NCBI GenBank assembly: GCA_965235115.1 | Contig: OZ249436.1 | Coordinates: 41,108,001-41,172,000 of the forward strand | Length of the DNA: 64,000 nt | Reading direction: 5' to 3' | Source of the DNA: Laetmonice hystrix | Lineage: Eukaryota | The notes under the pieces: model-generated | What the model was told of the DNA's origin: nothing | The model's database searches: none | What the model saw: the letters and a program-made list of their open reading frames with translations, nothing else | Program-made: the position numbers and the translations under genes | Part shown: in pieces, positions 1-11,243 of the stretch | Numbering within the stretch: the first letter of the stretch is position 1 | How the letters are laid out: every line of letters begins with the position of its first letter

Positions 1-570
1 TTATTAGGCCTATAGAAGTGAATGGGATGCCACTAGTTGATATCCAGTTGGTCTGTCATTCACTCGTAGATGAATTCACTCCTAGATATGTAAATAAACG
101 ATATCGTTAATAACCAGACCTTATAGTAAGACGAAGTTACGCCCCCTACTACTAGCGTATGTTGAGTTTTCCATCAATTTTCCGACCACGGAAACTTATT
201 GGGGACATAATTAAACCCAAGAATTAGGCTCTAATGCATAATAGGCCTATTCCAAACTATATACTCTTGGACTGAGAGAAATACTTTAAAGCCAATTTAC
301 TCTAAAATAGCTCTTCATTACCTATGCGACTGGGGCGCCACCAAGTGAAAGGGTCAGAAACTAATGTTGACCGGGATTTCCTGGTCGCACAGGTGTAAAC
401 TGTTGCCATTTGACCTAGACCCAATTAGGATCGAAACGGGGGCCACACCCTGTTAAAATGTGTCATGATGCTACAGTAGAAGAATCCGACTTTGAAGAAA
501 CTACGTAACTATAGATCAGATATCCGGCGGTAGCCGGTTTTAGGCCCACACATCCCGCACAACGCCTGCG

Positions 571-3500
571 ATGCCGGTGGCTGGTCAGTCGGCTGAGCAG
601 GCGAGGGCCGCTGCCGCCGCCGCCGCCGACGCGGCAGTGGACGTGGTGGTTGTCGGGGCTGGGGTGTCGGGACTGACGGCGGCGTACCACCTGACCCGGC
701 GGGACCCCAACCTTCGGGTCGTGGTCGTCGAGGCCAAAGGTAACCGCTGCACGGCTGGGGTGAGCGCACTCTAGAGGCGGGGGGGGGGGGGGGGGGGGCT
801 TTGAAATAGTCCAGGCCTGCTTGGCCCAAGCCTTCCAACCATCTAGCCGCTATGTGGTGGAGCCCTGATCAGGACTCTCAATCTCAGTGACCACCCTGTT
901 TAATCTACATTTAGGCTACCCCCTGCCCATTTCCCCCGCCTCTGCCTTCAGTGGCAATTACCTACATCTGGCTTAAATTGGTGGACACGTGCCCCTTTAC
1001 TTTTTAGTCAGTTAAACATTCTTGCCGATGGACCCCTCTGAACTAAAAAGCATACTCTCACAAACGCCGGGTGTCGAGAGTGAAGTTATGACTTATGTAT
1101 AGGCCTAAGGGGCAGACCATTTAATAGCGGGGGGGAGGGTATGGTTTTTCCTTCTGACCAAACTTTTTTTTTTGCTTCCAACAAAAAACAAACAATTTTT
1201 TTTTTATCCCTAATCAAAAGCAAACAATTTTTTTTCCGAGGTGGCAGAGACAAACTTTTTTTTCCAGGACATAATTCTGCAGCAACTATTGTGTTATCCC
1301 GTAAATTTCTGTTCCACAGACATAGGCGCCGGAAGATATTCACAGGTGGGCGGGGGGGGGCACCAAATCATAGGTCCCAAGTTCCAAGTTTTGAAATGCT
1401 GGTGATAAGAACGTCGAAGGCGCGAAGTCTCGAGCGGGGGTCTGGGGGCCCTCCCCCGAAAAAAAATTGAAAAATAAAGTGCCAAATACACGCTTTCCTG
1501 GCATCTGGGAACAAAATCTAGGCCCTCTGTCGACGGTCTGACCATCTCCTGCCACCTTGGAGCTGGGGGGAGGGGAACTATATGCTTGCCCCCCAGCTTT
1601 TGAGCTGGGGGTGGGGGGGGGGAGGGGGCAACAAAAGGGGGCAACAAAAGGGGGGTACTTTTATAATAGACTATGAAACGGATTGGAAGTTCTAATTGTC
1701 TTCACACATTTGTGGGCTTTCAAATATCTTGTAGTGCAAGCGAATGTCTACATGAAACAATTGATCAAGTTATACATACTAGTATTCAATTGCATGTCAT
1801 AATTGTTCAGACTGATATGTTTTACTCAGTATTGTATAGAGTATGCCTAAATAAAACTGCTGACCTAGCGGAGCGAGGAAAATTTTTGGTCTTCTTTTAA
1901 TTTTTTAGCAGTTTCGGGCAGATTTTTTTTTATAAATCTGCTTCCTGTCAACAATCTATTTTTTTCACACACATTGCTAAACAAACTATTTTTTTCACAC
2001 ACATTTGAGAGCAAACTATTTTTTTGGGTAAACTTGGCAAACAAACTTTTTTTTTACGAAAAAACCATACCCCCCCCCCCCCAGCTATTAAATGGTCTGC
2101 CCCTAAAAACATGTCATAAACAGACACTTCATAGGCCTATAATAATGGTCCTACTTCTAAGGCAGAAACTGAAGACTTAATTGTGGGCCTTTAGCTTTCG
2201 TTTTTCCATTTATTTAATCATTTAGAGTCTATGCACATGTCAGTATCTTGATGGTTTTTGTTGTTTTTTTCTCACAATCTTGCATCTTTTAATACTTCCA
2301 CATTAGGCACATGATAACTGATCCACCATGGAAATAATATTTCAGATCGTGTTGGTGGGCGGACATTCCTGAGAGAATTAAAGGCAGCAAGTGGCAGGGA
2401 TGTGTGGGATTTTGGAGGTCAGTGGGTTGGAAGGTAGGTTTATATTAGGCTACAGTATAGCTTGTGATATTAAGTTAACCTAAAAATGTCTCCAATATAG
2501 GCCTATCCTACCAAGTAACATATAGATCTACATAGGCCTATGTTGAAAATGGTTTTCACATTCAGAAGAAATAGAAAAACGGGAAGTAATTTATCAATGA
2601 GCATTTTTTAATTTTGGTATGTAACATGAGCCCATGCTTTACATCAGTATTTTACTGCCATAACTCCTGTTGAGATTACATTATGCGATGATTGCTTTCA
2701 GTTGCCAGTCACATGTGATGGCAATGCTTGCAGAGTTGGGACTTGATGTCTATAGACAGTACACACAGGGTACCAAGATCATGCAGTTAGGAGACAATAG
2801 GATCCGAACTTACAAGTCAGACATTCCGTCTCTCTCCTTCTTCTCACTTTTAGATCTTCATCAGTTTATTTCCAAGGTGAGAGTCTGGTGCGCTCTCTGT
2901 ACATATGCTACATGTGTACAGTTACTCAATTTCCCATTGAAACGAAGAATAATATAGTGTGGTTGAGATCACATTCTTCAAAATATTATGTGTAAATCTA
3001 CCTTTCTTTTGGTTTAGCTTACTTAGCCCCATTGTTCTAGGGCCATGCATGGCTTAGCACCAATTAATATATATTGCCATCTGGTGGTGGAAACTGGAAC
3101 TACACATCTTTTTGTTTTTGAGCTAATAAATAAATTCTGTTATTTGTAACTTGGGACAAGGAAAATTTGATTGGGTAACAATAAGTATTTACTGAAAGAT
3201 CCCGAACTCAAAAAATTGTATGTTATCTAGCGGGCTATAGTTATTGGTGCATGTTACTGCAGAGGGTGAATTATTGGAGGTTGTTGTGTTGTTATAGGTG
3301 GAGAGGTGGCAGAAGGCTGTGCCTGTGGCTGACACAGGTCTGTGTGAACAAGCCGAGGAGTTCGATTCCATGACTGTTGATGTGGCAATCCGCAAATATG
3401 TTTGGACCAAAGGTAAACTATACACCTGGATACAAGAAAGGAGTGTCGGTAAAAAGTTTTTTGTTACTCATGAGTTGCCCAGTTCTAATTTTGACTTTCA

Positions 3501-6500
3501 GTAAGAGATCTGTGCACCACTGGTATATATACCGTGAAATCTACATGAAATGGATAGTTGTATGTTTGCAGCGAGGATTTAATGACAGAGATACTGTTTT
3601 ATATATGTAGATAGTGTTATAACCATAGACGTAGAAGTAGACTTCTACATCTATGGTTATAACACATAATACTGTTGTATACGTATGTAGGTAATGTTAT
3701 AACACAGATATTGGTGTGTATCCGTAAATTATAAAATAGTGTTATAAAACAGATACTGGTGTATCCATTGATAGTGTTATAACACAGATACTATGGTATA
3801 TGTTTAGATAATGTTATAACACAGATACTCGTATATATCCATTGATAGTGTTATAATACAGATACATGTACTGTGGTATATCTGCAGCTGTGCGGGAGAG
3901 TTTGGAAGCAGCTGGTCGTACCATCTGGGGTGTTGAACCATCACAGATATCCATGCTTTACATGCTTGCTTACTGCCATGCTGCTGGCGGACTCAGACCA
4001 ATAATAGAGGCCAACGAGGGTTCTGGGCAGGAGTTTAAAATCCAGGTACAGGGTAAACAAATCTTAGAACTGCAGGTAGAAAAAAAAACATTGCAAAAAT
4101 CTTGATTTTGTAGTTTATAAATTTACGTAATGTTTCCATAGCTGTTATGTAAAGCACTGCCATTAGATAAGCAGTGTTTATCTTTAAAGTTGCCTCATGT
4201 ACTGTAAGTAAATTACCAAACGTAAATAGATGTTTCTGTTTGTTCTCCAGGGTGGAGCAGGACAGATTGCCCAGCGTTTGGCAGCCCGTCTTGGGCAGGA
4301 AAATATATGGCTATCACAGCCTATTGCTTCAATCAACCAGGTAGTTGGAAAAAACTTTCTCAGCATAAACCACCAGCTAATCTCAAACACAAACATTCTC
4401 AGCATAAACCACTGGCTAATCTCAAACATAAACATTCTCAGCATAAACCACTGGCTAATCTCAAACACAAACATTCTCAGCATAAACCACTGGCTAATCT
4501 CAAACATAAACATTCTCAGCATAAACCAATGGCTAATCTCAAACACAAACATTCTCAGCATAAACCAATGGCTAATCTCAAACACAAACATTCTCAGCAT
4601 AAACCACCGGCTAATCTCAAACACAAACATTCTCAGCATAAACCATCAGCTAATCTCAAACACAAAAAACATTCTCAGCATAAACCACCGGCTAATCTCA
4701 AACACAAAAAACATTCTCAGCATAAACCACCGGCTAATCTCAAACACAAATATTCTCAGCATACACCACCGGCTAATCTCAAACAAAAAAAACATTCTCA
4801 GCATAAACCACTGGCTAATCTCAAACACAAAAAAACAGTCTCAGCATAAACCACTGGCTAATCTCAAACATAAACATTCTCAGCATAAACCAATGGCTAA
4901 TCTCAAACACAAACATTCTCAGCATAAACCAATGGCTAATCTCAAACACAAACATTCTCAGCATAAACCACCGGCTAATCTCAAACACAAACATTCTCAG
5001 CATAAACCACCAGCTAATCTCAAACACAAAAAACATTCTCAGCATAAACCACCGGCTAATCTCAAACACAAAAAACATTCTCAGCATAAACCACCGGCTA
5101 ATCTCAAACACAAATATTCTCAGCATACACCACCGGCTAATCTCAAACAAAAAAAACATTCTCAGCATAAACCACTGGCTAATCTCAAACACAAAAAAAC
5201 AGTCTCAGCATAAACCACTGGCTAATCTCAAACATAAACATTCTCAGCATAAACCAATGGCTAATCTCAAACACAAACATTCTCAGCATAAACCAATGGC
5301 TAATCTCAAACACAAACATTCTCAGCATAAACCACCGGCTAATCTCAAACACAAACATTCTCAGCATAAACCACCAGCTAATCTCAAACACAAAAAACAT
5401 TCTCAGCATAAACCACCGGCTAATCTCAAACACAAAAAACATTCTCAGCATAAACCACTGGCTAATCTCAAACACAAATATTCTCAGCATACACCACCGG
5501 CTAATCTCAAACAAAAAAAAACATTCTCAGCATAAACCACTGGCTAATCTCAAACACAAAAAAACAGTCTCAGCATAAACCACTGGCTAATCTCAAACAC
5601 AAAAAAACAGTCTCAGCATAAACCACTGGCTAATCCAGGGTTCTCGCCAGAAATTTTCGACAGCGTAGTGGTCAAACTAAGGGCAGATTCCTGGTTAGGG
5701 GTACAGGAGGGGCAAACCCCAAGCTCAGGTAATTTAGGCTATTTTAGAGCCTTATCTTGCGGTCTAGATAGTCAGATGAGAAAGGTTTGTTAAACTGGAC
5801 AGTAAACAAGCGACATTTTACCGGTATTCCTGTGGGTTCTGTTGAATTTAGACAAGTTTTTGCCACTACGCTGGTCAAGAGACAATGGGTGATTTTAAAG
5901 TTGGTGTTAACAGGTGGTGTTTACACTAACAGTAACACTAACAAGCTCTGGGACACCAGAAATAAATTGCCCAGTGTTAACATCAGGTATCCGTGTGATC
6001 TACACTCCGTGGAAGACTGAGTGCAGGTGTTAACACACAACTGACACTTCAAGTTGGGTACCTTCTGAATACGGATTCCTAACACGGGTCTGACACTAAC
6101 ACCAGTATAACACTCATACACCATGTTAGTGTTAACACCAACACCCGTTGTTAGTAGTAATCCACACTGCATGCTATAAAGGACACCATCATTGGGGGAA
6201 ATGATCAAGACCTCGTTAAAATCAGAGTTCGATTCCCAAATTATGACCGGTAATATTTCATGCTTTCAACTACACAGTGAGCATCCATGCATAATCTGGG
6301 GCTTTCCCATAATGCGTCAGACCTCCTGTCAGAAGTGAACTGGTTCCTGTTGCAGTTTCAAAAATATTAAGTGTCTCAATTTCATATGTGCCACTCTCAT
6401 AATAATCAGCAACATACAAATCAACTGAGAACAGACAAACGTAGGCCTACCACCAGGGGTGATTTTCAAGTTGGTGTATGCTAACAGTAACCAGAATCCC

Positions 6501-9500
6501 TGATACCTCACCCGATTCACAACTTAAAATGTGATTCAGACAAGAGAGAGAAACTAAATAAAGGAAGTAGGTGTAATTATAAAGGAAATACTAATTAATA
6601 ATTTCAAAAGCAGATGATAAAAACAGTTGTAGTCCGTCTCATATCTGTTGCAATATAAGGACAAATAATTACATGACACACCGGGAATCGAACCATCAAC
6701 CTTAGGATCAACACCGTGCTAGACCATGCTAACAGCAACGGTCAGAGAATCCATGCAGACAGATGTGGTCCGAACATGACGCAACATGGCAGGGGCGGAT
6801 CCAGGTCGGCGTCTGGGGTGGGGGTTGGGGGTGGGGGTTGGGGGTGGAGGTTTGGTTTGAGGTTGGGACGCCAACGGCGGGTTGGGGGGTTATATGGTTG
6901 CCTATTATCCTATATCCAATCTAAAGGCCTATAGATTATGTATTACCTGTATAGATCTATGTGCATTTATTTTTCCCCCTTTTTCCTGGTGTCACGACAT
7001 TAGTCAGCGGCTGAAGGGGGGTTGCAACCCCAGTAACTCCTCCCCCCCCCAGATCCGCCACTGTATGGCTATGCTTGATCCCTACCTTCAACCCACCATT
7101 ACACCCCCCACCCCCACCGCACACCCCCCACCCCCACCCCCACACACACCAATTTATCATCTTTTTAAATAAACTAGGCGTACCATTGATTATTAGTTTT
7201 GTAACAGTTTAGGCCTATTTGAAATGGGTCATTTAGAACTCAAGCATAGTTAACCTCAAAACACTGTCTTTCACTATATCCTAATATGTTTTGAACCTTC
7301 GTGAAAACTAACCTACTTTGTTTTATATGTTTTGAGGAAAAAGTACTATATTTTATTTATTATGATTTGCCATGCTGCAAAACGTATTTTCTATGGAATG
7401 CTGTTGGTACTTTTATTCAGCATTTACAGATATCTTCAAATATTTGAAGATCTCTTCAATTCAATTGAAGATATCTGAAATTCTTTTTAAGATATCTTTA
7501 ATGGAATTAAGGATAGGTGCAAACATCACTTTAAATGTATAGCTTCAATTGTTTTGCAGATATCTCTAAAAGAATTGAAGATATCTTCAAATCATTTGAC
7601 GATATCTTCAAATCATTTGACGATATCTTCAATTCATTTGAAGATATCTGTAAATATTTGCAGATATCTGTAAATATTTGCAGATATCTTTAAATGAATT
7701 TAAGATACCTTCAATTGAATTGAAGATATCTTTAAATATTTGAAGATATCTGTAATTGCTAAATAAAAGTCGAGGTTGGGGTTATGCTTAGCGTGAAAAG
7801 ACACAAACAGGGTGAAAAGACCCTTGAAAAGACACAAACAGCGTGGCTGGCCAGGCAACACCAGCTTTAAAATCACTTCGGTGTTAACGCCTAGACGTTA
7901 GTGTTAGGGCTAATGGAAGAGCCATTACAAATTTCTTGGCCAGAACACCAGGTAGGAATTAACACCTGGGCTGAGTGTTCCAGGGAGTGTGGGTGCACCA
8001 CTAACACCCAATAACACTACCTATAAACTCTGATCACACTAACACCTGTTGTTAACACCAGGGAGTTTATTTCTGGTGTCCCAGGGCTCCTTGGTGTTGG
8101 TGTAAACACCAGCTGTTAACACCAGGTTTCATATCATACAGATTTTTCGTATATTCATGAAGTTGCTGTGACACTTACACCAGTGACATTAACACCAGAC
8201 ACCAGTGTAAGTGTTACACTGCCACCAGTTGTTTGGAGTAGAAATTAACACTGACGCTGACACTAACACTACACACTGGCAAATACACCAACTTTAAAAT
8301 CACCCAATGTAGCGGCCTCAAAGACAGTGTAGTGGCCTAAATACACAGCGTAGCGGCCTGCTACGCTGAAAAAGGCTGGCGAGAACCCTGAATCTCAAAC
8401 ACAAACATTCTCAGCATACACCACCAGCTAATCTCAAACACAAAAAACATTCTCAGCATAAACCACTGGCTAATCTCAAACACAAACATTCTGAGCATAA
8501 ACCACCGGCTAATCTCAAACATGAAAGAAATTCCCCTGAATATTGAATGTTGTTTTTCTAAGATAATTTTGACATACATCTACATCGTAAATATTTGTTA
8601 TGTTTACCGGTACCTTAACTTAGGTAAGACCATCAGCTAGGATCTCCAATTTAATTTTGGTACATGTAATAAGGAATTCTAGATTACTTGTAATCTCCCT
8701 CCAACAGTACGAATTTATTATATAATTTCAGGCCTTTTGATAATGATTTTGTTTTGTTTCAGGAAGACGGTCGTGTCAGGGTTACTACAGTGACAGGCAG
8801 GGTGATTGAGACACAGTACGTTATTATGGCAACCCCACCTCATCAGACTGGTGAGTTTACAGCGGTGTTAGGGAAGATGATTGACAGTTACCAGGTAACA
8901 CAAAGTTTATAACTGATATCACACTTCAAATCAAACTCCGATTCAACATGCAAGATCAGACTGGTACCGTAAATTAGACAAGAATGAGGTAACTAGGACA
9001 CCCCCAACAAAACATACGACTATAACTACAAAGGTAACTGAAAGTGAACATTTTAAGTTCTTATGTTCTTATTCTTTGTTCTTTATTTTATTATTCCAGT
9101 GAAGATCCACTTTGAGCCAGCATTACCTACAGAAAAACTCCATGTTCTTCAAAACATGCCCGTTGGATACATCACAAAATTGATCATCACCTATCAAACT
9201 GTAAGTATATCTCGATATGATAACAAAAAATCATCTTTGTAGAGTTAGTAATGAACACAGGATCATGTCTGAATACTGATACATTGGATTATAGAACATT
9301 TTTGTACTTATTTCCAGGCATTCTGGCGTGAGAAAGGTTTTTCTGGGGAGATTGTGACCAATGGAGGTCCAGCAAAGGTTGCCGGTGTAGACTCAGGACC
9401 TCTCTGTATAGTCTACGACGCTACAAGTTATAATGGCAATCCTGCCCTTGTCAGCTTCATCGGCGGTAAACAACAGAGACTATACAACAAACTCCCTGTA

Positions 9501-10527
9501 AGTTAGAAACACAAATGGGAAAATAAGAAAAGAGATCTGTAAAATTGCCTGGACTGGACAGTTCTATGATATTGCCGTATATAAATCTAGACTTATTTTC
9601 TGACAGTTTACCGAACGTAAGAAGGCGGTATTGGAGAGTCTGGCTGACTACTTTGGTTGTGAAGCTCTGACCTGTTTGGAGTATGCAGAGAAAGACTGGG
9701 GTCTAGAACCATACAGTGGGGGAGGTCCTGTATGTGTGGGAACCCCAGGCATGATGACTTCTCTGAGCAAGGGGCTACGGCACCCTTACAATAGGTGAGA
9801 TATCTATCTGGTCACGTTTATTAAAACTGCCTTGCTCGTTCTTCAAGACAAAAATACTTCGATTTGAAAGTGTTACCAAATATATATAATGATTGCTTAA
9901 TTAGCCATCTATTTCCCAGAAAAAATACTTTGGGAACCTGTCAAAACTTGTAGTTGTACTTATTTTAACTATTTCATTTTTCATACAGGGTTCATTTTGC
10001 GGGAAGCGAGTCAGCAACTGAGTGGTGTGGCTTTATTAACGGTGCCATTCAGGCTGGATATCGAGCAGCGAATGAGGTACAGAACTCGTGAAAAGAGTTT
10101 TGGTCACTTGGTCCTGAAAAAACATAATTATCGAGGAAAAGGCACCAAAATGTCATTTTAATAAACCTGACGCCATTAAGAAGCTCGCGAAGCTATTAGT
10201 ATTCAGTTTCTGTAAAGCAGTGAAATTTGACAAATATCCTTTTTGGAACAAGAATTCAAATTGTTGCACACCTTTCAATGGTACATAAACACCCATAGAG
10301 ACATATTTCAGTTGGTATATTGGATTTATCTGCAGGTCCTTTATAACTTACGGCCCCAGAGTGTTACTTCAGAGGACCTACGAGGGACGGTGTATGATGC
10401 AGATATCACCCCGCACGGTCAAAGGTCATCAGCCCAGTCTGGACGTAAATGGACGAGGGCAGCGCTGACGGTCGCGTCGATAGGGCTGGTCGGGTTACTG
10501 TGTTACAGGACGTATGCGAAACGTTAA
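571..10527 (+). CDS. Flavin-containing monoamine oxidase-family protein (MAO-like), 12 exons, 543 aa, C-terminal tail anchor
   Basis: Exons 571-739, 2346-2433, 2702-2876, 3298-3412, 3888-4045, 4251-4340, 8763-8850, 9100-9200, 9318-9497, 9607-9794, 9989-10076, 10336-10527. All introns are GT-AG and phases join into one 1632-nt frame. Motifs: VVVVGAGVSGL..EAKDRVGGRT (FAD-binding), DFGGQWVG, QEFKIQGG, MPVGYITK, FWREKGFSG, EKDWGLEPYSGG, VHFAGSESATEWCGFINGAIQAGYRAA. Ends in a hydrophobic C-terminal helix followed by basic residues. Confidence 0.93.
1109..2103. mobile_element. PIF/Harbinger-type non-autonomous DNA transposon (MITE) in MAO intron 1
   Basis: TIR GGGGCAGACCATTTAATAGC / GCTATTAAATGGTCTGCCCC, flanked by a TAA duplication (1106-1108, 2104-2106). 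No transposase ORF. Confidence 0.85.
3586..3880. repeat. Degenerate ~37-40 bp tandem repeat in MAO intron 4
   Basis: Recurrent gatagtgttataacacagatact core, about 7 diverged copies, running up to the exon 5 acceptor. Confidence 0.75.
3624..3655. mobile_element. 32-bp minimal TIR element with 8-bp TSD
   Basis: CATAGACGTAGAAGT-AG-ACTTCTACATCTATG (15-bp inverted repeat, 1 mismatch), flanked by GTTATAAC on both sides (3616-3623, 3656-3663). Confidence 0.7.
4358..5635. repeat. 39-43 bp minisatellite (tctcagcataaaccaccggctaatctcaaacacaaacat), left part
   Basis: About 32 tandem copies starting just after the exon 6 donor. The variant pattern recurs every 364 bp. The array resumes at 8391-8520 after an insertion. 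Confidence 0.95.
6790..7063. mobile_element. Short CAGGGGCGGATC-type MITE
   Basis: CAGGGGCGGATCCAGG ... CCAGATCCGCCACTG. Flanks catgg/tatgg are consistent with a 5-bp TSD with one mismatch. Confidence 0.6.
7409..7770. mobile_element. AT-rich foldback element built from gaagatatcttc motifs
   Basis: The left end acttttattcagcatttacagatatcttcaaatattt pairs with the right end aaatatttgaagatatctgtaattgctaaataaaagt. Many internal GATATC palindromes. Confidence 0.7.
8391..8520. repeat. 39-43 bp minisatellite, right remnant
   Basis: About three more copies of the 4358-5635 unit, directly after the TSD. Confidence 0.9.
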
Positions 10528-11037
10528 ACAAGATAAACAGCAACAAACTACAAATAATTTAATTTACACTGTGATATTTACTGGTGGAATGACGAAATGG
10601 TGTAAATCACTTGTACTTGCATCCAAGGTCCTTCCCAACGTAGACTGAAATTAGGCCTATATTCTGTGATACAAGGAATAGGATTGGCAAATAATATGCA
10701 AGTCAACGTAAATCAGTATTACATGTTTCGTAGCCATTTTTTTAAATATTGCCATGTCTTTAGTATAAGAAATCATTCCATTGTACCGGAATAGAAATAC
10801 AGAATATATCAATCTGGTTGAGCGTTACGGGAAGCCAGTTTGGCCGGGTTTCATGCTTACCTCGACAAAATCTATGCACCTTCTGTCACTAGCATACTTC
10901 TTAGGTTTAATATACATAGGTTTCGGAAACAGACAGCGCCGAAATGCACTGTCACCCTCAGATTCGGCATTTCCGGTCGGGATTGCTTGAAAGCGAGGCT
11001 GCGGCCATGGTGCTTCTTCGCGTAATAATATATATAG

Positions 11038-11243
11038 TCTGTTCACTCTAAGAAGAGCTCGACCTCGGCTTCATTAAAGCTATTACTTCATTTGGGGTAA
11101 TACAGAACCACGTGGGATTTGGTCATATTCTTGAATGACAGGCGGTGATGACTTGTGATACGCCAGCTGTGGGTAGACGGGAGGAGGGGGGCAGGTGAGA
11201 GCTTTAATGAGGCCGAGGTCGAGCTCTTCTTAGAGCGAACAGA
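11038..11243. mobile_element. MITE with ~44-bp TIRs
   Basis: tctgttcactctaagaagagctcgacctcggcttcattaaagct / agctttaatgaggccgaggtcgagctcttcttagagcgaacaga (2 mismatches). TSD not clear. Confidence 0.7.

Larger units (their letters stand above)
5887..8305. mobile_element. Nested DNA transposon, 21-bp TIRs, 3-bp TSD (Harbinger-like termini)
   Basis: GGGTGATTTTAAAGTTGGTGT / ACACCAACTTTAAAATCACCC, flanked by AAT on both sides. Subterminal regions are rich in gtgttaacac-type motifs. Confidence 0.8.
5636..8390. mobile_element. Non-autonomous DNA transposon with 15-bp TIRs and 4-bp TSD, carrying nested elements
   Basis: CAGGGTTCTCGCCAG / CTGGCGAGAACCCTG with an AATC duplication (5632-5635, 8391-8394). 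Removing it restores the minisatellite unit ggctaatctcaaac. Confidence 0.9.

Noticed and set aside
463..838. Minus-strand 75- and 109-aa Pro/Arg-rich ORFs
   Set aside because: Antisense shadows of the GC-rich MAO exon 1 and a poly-G tract.
4184..5535. ORFs of 327, 180, 151, 123 and 109 aa with repeating ILSINH / KHKHSQH / MLRMFVFEIS peptides
   Set aside because: They are translations of the intronic 39-43 bp minisatellite. The real exon ends at the 4340 donor and MAO homology resumes at 8763.
6675..6733. tRNA gene on the minus strand (GGTTCGATTCCC B-box)
   Set aside because: No complete cloverleaf. At best a decayed tRNA-derived SINE head inside a nested transposon.
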